Notes under the pieces: model-generated
What the model was told of the DNA's origin: nothing
Seen by the model: the letters and a program-made list of their open reading frames with translations, nothing else
Databases searched by the model: none
Shown here: positions 58,168-64,000 of the stretch, in pieces
Numbering within the stretch: the stretch's first letter is position 1
How the letters are laid out: every line of letters begins with the position of its first letter
Assembly: GCA_015067305.1 (NCBI GenBank)
Contig: SVMT01000002.1
Location: 36,759 to 100,758, forward strand
Length of the DNA: 64,000 bases
Direction: 5' to 3'
DNA from: Oscillospiraceae bacterium
GTDB taxonomy: Bacteria; Bacillota; Clostridia; Oscillospirales; UBA644
Made by a program: the position numbers and the translations under genes

Positions 58168-58832
58168 TGAAAATAATAGCTAAAATTGAAAATGAATTCA
58201 CATCCAAATTCGGAATCCCAAGACAAAGCGGTTTAATTGAAACCGAATCAAAAATTATATTTGAGCCCCAATATCGCGACCCTGATGCCATTCGCGGTAT
58301 AGAGGGCTTTTCTCATTTATGGATCATATGGGAATTCAGTATGTCGAAAACTGAGAAATGGAAGCCTACTGTCAGACCACCAAGACTTGGAGGAAACAAA
58401 AGAGTTGGTGTTTTTGCGACACGTTCTCCTTTCCGCCCAAACCCAATAGGACTGTCCTGCGTAAAGATCAAATCAGTTGAAAAGACTACTGAGTATGGAC
58501 CGATAATAACAGTCATAGGGGCTGACATGATGAACGGTACTCCAATATATGATATTAAGCCATACATACCATTTTCTGACGCTCACCCGGAAGCTCTTGG
58601 AGGTTTTGCAGAAGAAAAATTTTATAAAAAACTTTCAGTTTCATTTTCAGAAGAGTCCCTGAAAGAACTCTCCCCAAATGACCTAACAATTCTTACTAAA
58701 TTACTTGAACAAGATCCTCGACCAGCTTATCAACACGATCCTACAAGAGAATATAGTTTTGAATACGGCAATTTAAGCATTAAATTTAATGTAAAGGATA
58801 ACAACTTGACAGTAAAATCAATAATAAAATAA
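58167..58832 (+). CDS. trmO: tRNA t6A37 N6-methyltransferase
   Basis: KFGIPRQSG, FSHLW, VRPPRLGGN, GVFATRSPFRPN, DIKPY, QDPRPAY. Confidence 0.93.
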   Translation: MKIIAKIENEFTSKFGIPRQSGLIETESKIIFEPQYRDPDAIRGIEGFSHLWIIWEFSMSKTEKWKPTVRPPRLGGNKRVGVFATRSPFRPNPIGLSCVKIKSVEKTTEYGPIITVIGADMMNGTPIYDIKPYIPFSDAHPEALGGFAEEKFYKKLSVSFSEESLKELSPNDLTILTKLLEQDPRPAYQHDPTREYSFEYGNLSIKFNVKDNNLTVKSIIK

Positions 58833-59014
58833 AAAGACCTCACAAAAACCCTTTAAAATCAACACTTTTCAAGATGTGTAAAATTAAACACCTTTACATA
58901 CATTCCTTACAAACTTCAATGTAATGTGATATAATTTTACACGACAAGAAACAACCCACTTCTCACATACACCTCTCAAAATGCGAAATTATTTGCAACT
59001 TTAAGGTTTGCCAC

Positions 59015-59043
59015 TTTACTTTTATAAATTAACGTGTTATAAT
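59015..59043 (+). promoter_or_regulatory. Sigma-A promoter of the oxidoreductase operon
   Basis: TTTACT-17 nt-TATAAT with TG extension. Confidence 0.65.
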
Positions 59044-59102
59044 ATACTTTATCAATGTTGTAAATACATATTTATATATTCTAAGAAAAGGATGATGAAA
59101 AG

Positions 59103-59309
59103 ATGGCTAAAGTTACCATAAATCAGGACCGTTGTAAAGGTTGCGGACTATGTGTTGAAGCATGTCCAAAGAAAATACTTGTCATCGATGAAAACACCGT
59201 TAACGCTAAAGGTTACAGTCCTGCAGCAATGACAGATCAGTCCAAATGTATAGCTTGTGCATTTTGTGCAAGAATGTGTCCGGACTGCGTAATTACGGTT
59301 GAAAAATAA
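59103..59309 (+). CDS. 2x[4Fe-4S] ferredoxin (delta subunit of 2-oxoacid oxidoreductase)
   Basis: CKGCGLCVEACP and CIACAFCARMCP. Confidence 0.93.
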   Translation: MAKVTINQDRCKGCGLCVEACPKKILVIDENTVNAKGYSPAAMTDQSKCIACAFCARMCPDCVITVEK

Positions 59310-59330
59310 TCATAGGAGGAAAAAACTTAT

Positions 59331-60398
59331 ATGAGCAAACAGTTAATGAAAGGTAACGAAGCTCTTGCAGAGGCTGCTATGCGTGCAGGTTGCAAACATT
59401 TCTTCGGATACCCTATCACACCTCAAACTGAAGTCGCTGCATATTTTGCTAAAAAAATGCCAAAGATCGGCGGAACATTCCTTCAGGCAGAAAGCGAAGT
59501 TGCCGCTATTAATATGGTTCTCGGTGCTGCATCAGCAGGCGTGAGAGCTATGACCAGTTCTTCTTCACCTGGTATTTCCCTTAAAACAGAAGGTATTTCA
59601 TACCTCGCAGGAAGCGATCTTCCCTGCCTTATTATAAATGTACAGAGAGGCGGTCCAGGTCTCGGCGGTATCCAGCCTTCCCAGTCCGACTATTTCCAGG
59701 CAACAAAAGCTCCCGGTCACGGTGACCTTCACTTGTTGGTATATGCACCCGAAAGTGTACAGGAAATCATTGCTTATGTATTCGAAGCGTTTGATAAAGC
59801 TGAACAGTACAGAGTGCCCGCAATGCTTCTCCTTGACGGAACACTCGGTCAGATGATGGAACCTGTTGATTTTGATCTCCTTCCCACCGCAAAACCAGCA
59901 GATAAGCCTTGGGCAACAAACGGACATAAAAATAAAAGAGAACACAATATCGTAAACTCTCTTTATCTCAAACCTGAAGAACTTGAAATCAAGAACTTCG
60001 AAAGATTCGAGAGATATGAAGTTATTAAACAGAACGAGCAGAAAGCTGAAGAATACATGCTCGACGATGCAGAAATAGTAATTGCAGCAGTAGGACTTTC
60101 CGCACGTGTTGCAAAATCAGCTATAAATCAGGCAAGAGCTGAAGGTATCAAAGTTGGCCTTATCAGACCTATAACACTCTTCCCCTTCCCTGTTGATTAT
60201 TTTACAAAAATCAAAAACAATCCTAACGTAAAAGAAATTCTTACAGTAGAAATGAACATGGGTCAGATGATCGACGATGTTCGTCTTGCTGTAGAATGTA
60301 AAAAACCTGTATCCTTACTTAACCGTTCAGGTGGAATCGTTCCTTCCCCCTCCGAAGTTTACAATAGGATAGTTGAATTGAACGGAGGTAAAAAATAA
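59331..60398 (+). CDS. vorB: 2-oxoacid:ferredoxin oxidoreductase alpha subunit (VorB-type)
   Basis: GYPITPQ, QAESE, TSSSSPG, RGGPGLG, VEMNMGQ. Confidence 0.9.
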   Translation: MSKQLMKGNEALAEAAMRAGCKHFFGYPITPQTEVAAYFAKKMPKIGGTFLQAESEVAAINMVLGAASAGVRAMTSSSSPGISLKTEGISYLAGSDLPCLIINVQRGGPGLGGIQPSQSDYFQATKAPGHGDLHLLVYAPESVQEIIAYVFEAFDKAEQYRVPAMLLLDGTLGQMMEPVDFDLLPTAKPADKPWATNGHKNKREHNIVNSLYLKPEELEIKNFERFERYEVIKQNEQKAEEYMLDDAEIVIAAVGLSARVAKSAINQARAEGIKVGLIRPITLFPFPVDYFTKIKNNPNVKEILTVEMNMGQMIDDVRLAVECKKPVSLLNRSGGIVPSPSEVYNRIVELNGGKK

Positions 60399-61150
60399 TG
60401 GCTATCGTTTTTGAAAAAACCAAAGGACTTACCGATGCAGTAACTCATTATTGCCCCGGATGTACTCACGGTATCGTACATAGACTTGTTGGCGAAAGCC
60501 TTGAAGAGCTCGGAATCATAGGTGATGCTGTAGGCGTTGCACCAGTTGGATGTTCCGTTATGGCGTATAATTATTTTTCATGTGATATGGTGCAGGCTCC
60601 TCATGGCAGAGCTCCCGCAGTTGCTACAGGACTTAAAAGAGCCCTTCCCGATAACATCATATTTACTTATCAGGGTGACGGAGACCTCGCGGCTATTGGT
60701 ACTGCTGAAACAGTTCATATTGCAGCAAGAGGTGAAAATGTAACTATAATTTTCATAAACAATGCAATTTATGGTATGACTGGCGGTCAAATGGCACCGA
60801 CAACTCTTCCTGGTCAGGTTACACAAACAACACCTTATGGAAGAGATACAAGTTATTCCGGTAACCCCATCAGAGTATGTGAAATGATCTCAACTCTTGA
60901 CGGTGCAGCTTATGTAGAACGTGTTGCCGTCAACAACGTAAAAAATGTTATAAAAGCAAAAGCTGCTATCAAGAGAGGATTTGAAATGCAGATGCAGAAA
61001 AAAGGACTTTCTCTTATAGAAGTTGTAAGTACTTGTCCTACAAACTGGGGACTCACTCCTGTAAATGCACTCAAATGGCTCGAAGAAAACATGCTCCCCT
61101 ATTATCCCCTCGGCAACTATAAAAATACAAAATTGGAGGGTGAAGAATAA
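60398..61150 (+). CDS. 2-oxoacid:ferredoxin oxidoreductase beta (TPP-binding) subunit
   Basis: YCPGCTHG, HGRA, YQGDGD...NNAIYGMTGGQ, CPTNW. Confidence 0.92.
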   Translation: MAIVFEKTKGLTDAVTHYCPGCTHGIVHRLVGESLEELGIIGDAVGVAPVGCSVMAYNYFSCDMVQAPHGRAPAVATGLKRALPDNIIFTYQGDGDLAAIGTAETVHIAARGENVTIIFINNAIYGMTGGQMAPTTLPGQVTQTTPYGRDTSYSGNPIRVCEMISTLDGAAYVERVAVNNVKNVIKAKAAIKRGFEMQMQKKGLSLIEVVSTCPTNWGLTPVNALKWLEENMLPYYPLGNYKNTKLEGEE

Positions 61151-61686
61151 TGGCAACTAAAATCGTTTTTGCAGGTTTTGGTGGACAGGGTGTACAGTTC
61201 GTTGCTAAAGTAACAGCTTATGCAGGTATGATTGCAAACAAAGAAGTTTCATGGCTTCCCAGCTACGGTCCTGAAATGCGTGGCGGTACTTCAAACTGTT
61301 CTGTATGTATAGATGAATCCCCTATTGCTTGTCCTATCGTAAATGATCCAGATATTTTAATGGCACTCAATACACCTTCTTTTGATAAATTTGAAAGCAT
61401 GGTAGTTCCTGGAGGTACAATCGTATACGATTCTTCCCTTATAAATAAAACTTCCGATAGAACCGATATATCATGCAAGGGTATACCCGCTACAAAAATG
61501 GCAAAAGAAAAGGAACTTCCAGGCCTTGCAAATATGATAGCTCTCGGATACATGCTTAAACTTACTAAGTTCATGGATGCAGACATTATCAAATCTGCTA
61601 TAGAGAAAATGGTTCCTGCTTCCAAGGCTGCTCTTATCGCTAAAAATGTCGCAGCTATTGATCTTGGTTATAATTATGCAGAATAA
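61150..61686 (+). CDS. 2-oxoacid:ferredoxin oxidoreductase gamma subunit
   Basis: AGFGGQG, PSYGPEMRGG, NMIALG. Confidence 0.92.
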   Translation: MATKIVFAGFGGQGVQFVAKVTAYAGMIANKEVSWLPSYGPEMRGGTSNCSVCIDESPIACPIVNDPDILMALNTPSFDKFESMVVPGGTIVYDSSLINKTSDRTDISCKGIPATKMAKEKELPGLANMIALGYMLKLTKFMDADIIKSAIEKMVPASKAALIAKNVAAIDLGYNYAE

Positions 61687-61697
61687 AGCTTGATTTA

Positions 61698-61733
61698 TTA
61701 TGGCAGGCTTACGTTATTGTAAGCCTTCCATAA
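61698..61733 (+). terminator. Hairpin after the oxidoreductase operon (no U-tract)
   Basis: TTATGG-C-AGGCTTAC/GTAAGCCT-T-CCATAA. Confidence 0.6.
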
Positions 61734-61770
61734 ATCTATAAACAGATAACAAAGAATGGAGGATGATACT

Positions 61771-62322
61771 ATGGCAATAATGAATTCCGAAATAGCTCAA
61801 AGACTTAAGGGAATAAGATTATTGTCCGACGTCTCAGTTGCCGAGATGGCAAAAGTTACAGGAGTCACGGAAGAAGAATATCTGAAATTGGAGAACAATG
61901 AAACTCCCCTATCCGTGAGTATCCTATTAGATGCTTGCGCATATCTGAATATCAGCATGACTGAACTTCTTACAGGTGAACGCGCGAGATTACACACTTA
62001 CTCTTTTGTTAAAAACGGCAGAGGACTTTCGGTTGACAGATCAAAAGCTTATAAATACGAAAATCTTGCATTCAATTTTGTAGACAGAAAAGTGGAACCT
62101 CTTCTTGTTACAGTTGAATATAATGAAAGCCCAGAAATACACCTGAACACACATCAGGGTCAGGAATTCCATTACTGTCTTGAGGGGAGCTTTGAGCTTC
62201 AGATTGGTGACCATGTAGTTACAGTAGAAGAGGGAGACTCTGCTTATTTTGATTCAAGACAGCCTCACGGAATGAGGGCTCTCAACGGTAAGTGTGCGAA
62301 AATATTGGTAATTACCATTTAA
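61771..62322 (+). CDS. XRE HTH-cupin transcriptional regulator
   Basis: IAQRLKGIR HTH; H.GQEF, GDSAYFDS..PHGM cupin; ATG 61771 behind GGAGG. Confidence 0.9.
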   Translation: MAIMNSEIAQRLKGIRLLSDVSVAEMAKVTGVTEEEYLKLENNETPLSVSILLDACAYLNISMTELLTGERARLHTYSFVKNGRGLSVDRSKAYKYENLAFNFVDRKVEPLLVTVEYNESPEIHLNTHQGQEFHYCLEGSFELQIGDHVVTVEEGDSAYFDSRQPHGMRALNGKCAKILVITI

Positions 62323-62359
62323 CAAACTATACTCAAAAAGAACGGAAAATACAAATACA

Positions 62360-64000
62360 ATGAACTTACTTAATAGATTCGTACAGACGGAATATTCATC
62401 ATACGAAGATTTTGAAAAAAATTTTAAGATAAATATACCTGAGAATTTCAACTATGGCTTTGATATCGTTGATGAACTCGGTAAAAATTCACCTGATCAG
62501 AAAGCTCTTAAATGGTGCAATGATAAAGGCGAAGAAAAGATATTTACATTCGGAGACATTTCCAAACTATCAAATAAAGCAGCAAATGTATTTAAAGAAA
62601 TAGGTATAAAAAAGGGCGACACCGTAATGCTTATTATGAAACGCCGCCATTACTTTTGGTACTTTATGCCTGCACTTCATAAAATTGGAGCAGTTGCAAT
62701 TCCTTCAACTCATATGCTCACAGAGCAAGATATTGAATATCGTATAGGAGCTGCAGATATAAAATATATTATATGTGTAGGCGACGAAGGTGTTGTAACC
62801 CATGTAAATAAAGCTACAGTAAACACTGACGTTGTTAAACTATGTGTGGGGAATGCTGTTGAGGGATATATTCATATTGATCCTCTTCTTGAACAGGCTT
62901 CAGATTCTACACCTGAAAGAGTTACTGTTAATGATGACCCAATGTTGATATACTTCACGTCAGGAACTACTGCACACCCGAAAATGGTTGAACACGTTCA
63001 AACATATCCTTTAGGACATATTCTTACCGCAGGTTTTTGGCAGAATCTTAAAGATACAGACACTCATTTCACTCTTGCAGACACAGGGTGGGCTAAGTGT
63101 GCATGGGGAAAGATATACGGACAGTGGATATGTGGTGCATGCGTTTTTGTTTATGACTATGACGACAAATTCCCATCTGCAGACATACTCAAAATGCTTG
63201 AAACAAAAAAGATAACCACTTTCTGTGCCCCTCCAACAGTATACAGATTCCTTATAAAAGAAGATCTTGATTCATACAATCTAAGAAATCTAAGAGCTTG
63301 TTATATTGCAGGAGAACCTCTTAATGCAGAAGTATACAAACAATGGCTTGAACACACAGGAATCGAACTGAGAGAAGGTTTCGGTCAATCCGAAAGTCCT
63401 GTACTTATAGCTGTTTTTCCATGGCTTACTCCCAAGCCAGGATCAACAGGACGTCTCTCCCCAACTCTTGGAATTAAACTTCTTGACGATAACGGTAATG
63501 AAGCACAGGTTGGTGAAGAGGGCGAGATATGTATAAACATTAAAGACGGAATTCCCGCAGGTATTTTCCACGGATACAGAAATGATCCCGAAGCCACTGC
63601 TGAAGTTATGTACGACGGTTGGTATCATACCCACGATATGGCATGGAGAGACGAAGACGGCTATATTTGGTTTATTGGCAGAGGTGACGATGTTATCAAA
63701 TCAAGTGGATACAGAATCGGTCCTTTTGAAGTTGAAAGTGCACTGCTTGAGCATCCAGCAGTTATCGAAACAGCTATCACAGCTGTACCCGACCCGGAAA
63801 GAGGTCAGGTTGTAAAGGCTACCATTGTTTTAGCAAAGGGATACACTCCTTCGCCTGCTCTCACAAAAGAACTTCAAAACCACGTAAAAAGAACTACGGC
63901 ACCTTACAAATATCCGAGAATCATTGAATACGTTGACGAACTTCCCAAAACTATTTCAGGAAAGATCAAGCGTAAACAAATCAGAATCTCAGACGAGAAA
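62360..64000 (+). CDS. AMP-forming acyl/acetyl-CoA synthetase (stop just beyond window)
   Basis: Not in ORF track. Read manually: MNLLNRF...PENFNYGFDIVD...YFTSGTTAHPKMV...EGFGQSE...DDVIKSSGYRIGPFEVE...LPKTISGKI. Confidence 0.93.
   Translation, partial: MNLLNRFVQTEYSSYEDFEKNFKINIPENFNYGFDIVDELGKNSPDQKALKWCNDKGEEKIFTFGDISKLSNKAANVFKEIGIKKGDTVMLIMKRRHYFWYFMPALHKIGAVAIPSTHMLTEQDIEYRIGAADIKYIICVGDEGVVTHVNKATVNTDVVKLCVGNAVEGYIHIDPLLEQASDSTPERVTVNDDPMLIYFTSGTTAHPKMVEHVQTYPLGHILTAGFWQNLKDTDTHFTLADTGWAKCAWGKIYGQWICGACVFVYDYDDKFPSADILKMLETKKITTFCAPPTVYRFLIKEDLDSYNLRNLRACYIAGEPLNAEVYKQWLEHTGIELREGFGQSESPVLIAVFPWLTPKPGSTGRLSPTLGIKLLDDNGNEAQVGEEGEICINIKDGIPAGIFHGYRNDPEATAEVMYDGWYHTHDMAWRDEDGYIWFIGRGDDVIKSSGYRIGPFEVESALLEHPAVIETAITAVPDPERGQVVKATIVLAKGYTPSPALTKELQNHVKRTTAPYKYPRIIEYVDELPKTISGKIKRKQIRISDEK

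Noticed and set aside
1-64000. CRISPR array, integron attC array, rRNA, IS elements
   Set aside because: No regularly spaced repeat series, rRNA-like sequence or transposase motif seen; the repeats found are only pairs.

Overview
AT-rich chromosome segment of a Clostridia-like Firmicute. This is inferred from sigma-A TTGACA-17-TATAAT promoters and from the miaB-ylbF/ricA-mutS-mutL-miaA-hfq and yggS-sepF-ylmH-divIVA-ileS-lspA-rluD synteny. 1-17.7 kb is housekeeping. 17.7-55 kb is a mosaic of accessory genes: two tRNA pairs, a yybP-ykoY riboswitch on mntP, a GH78, two paralogous giant ECF sigma factors, a heterodimeric ABC exporter, pnuC, a ydjI/G/H-like operon, metal-homeostasis genes, glnA and many hydrolases. 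55-64 kb holds xerC, a queuosine-salvage operon (yhhQ-queL-trmO), a vor-type 2-oxoacid oxidoreductase operon and an acyl-CoA synthetase. No CRISPR array, rRNA, transposase or prophage was seen. Best leads: (1) a preQ1-I-like pseudoknot lying inside codons 4-13 of yhhQ rather than in its leader; (2) a stand-alone protein whose N-terminus resembles the IscB PLMP/RRXRR domain, with a duplicated 25-nt leader motif and an in-frame internal RBS+ATG; (3) two ~530-aa ECF sigma/winged-helix fusions sharing an identical promoter box and an internal start; (4) an uncharacterised attenuator upstream of pnuC; (5) two genes each bracketed by duplicated intergenic elements. All family assignments come from motif recognition by eye, and no searches were run.
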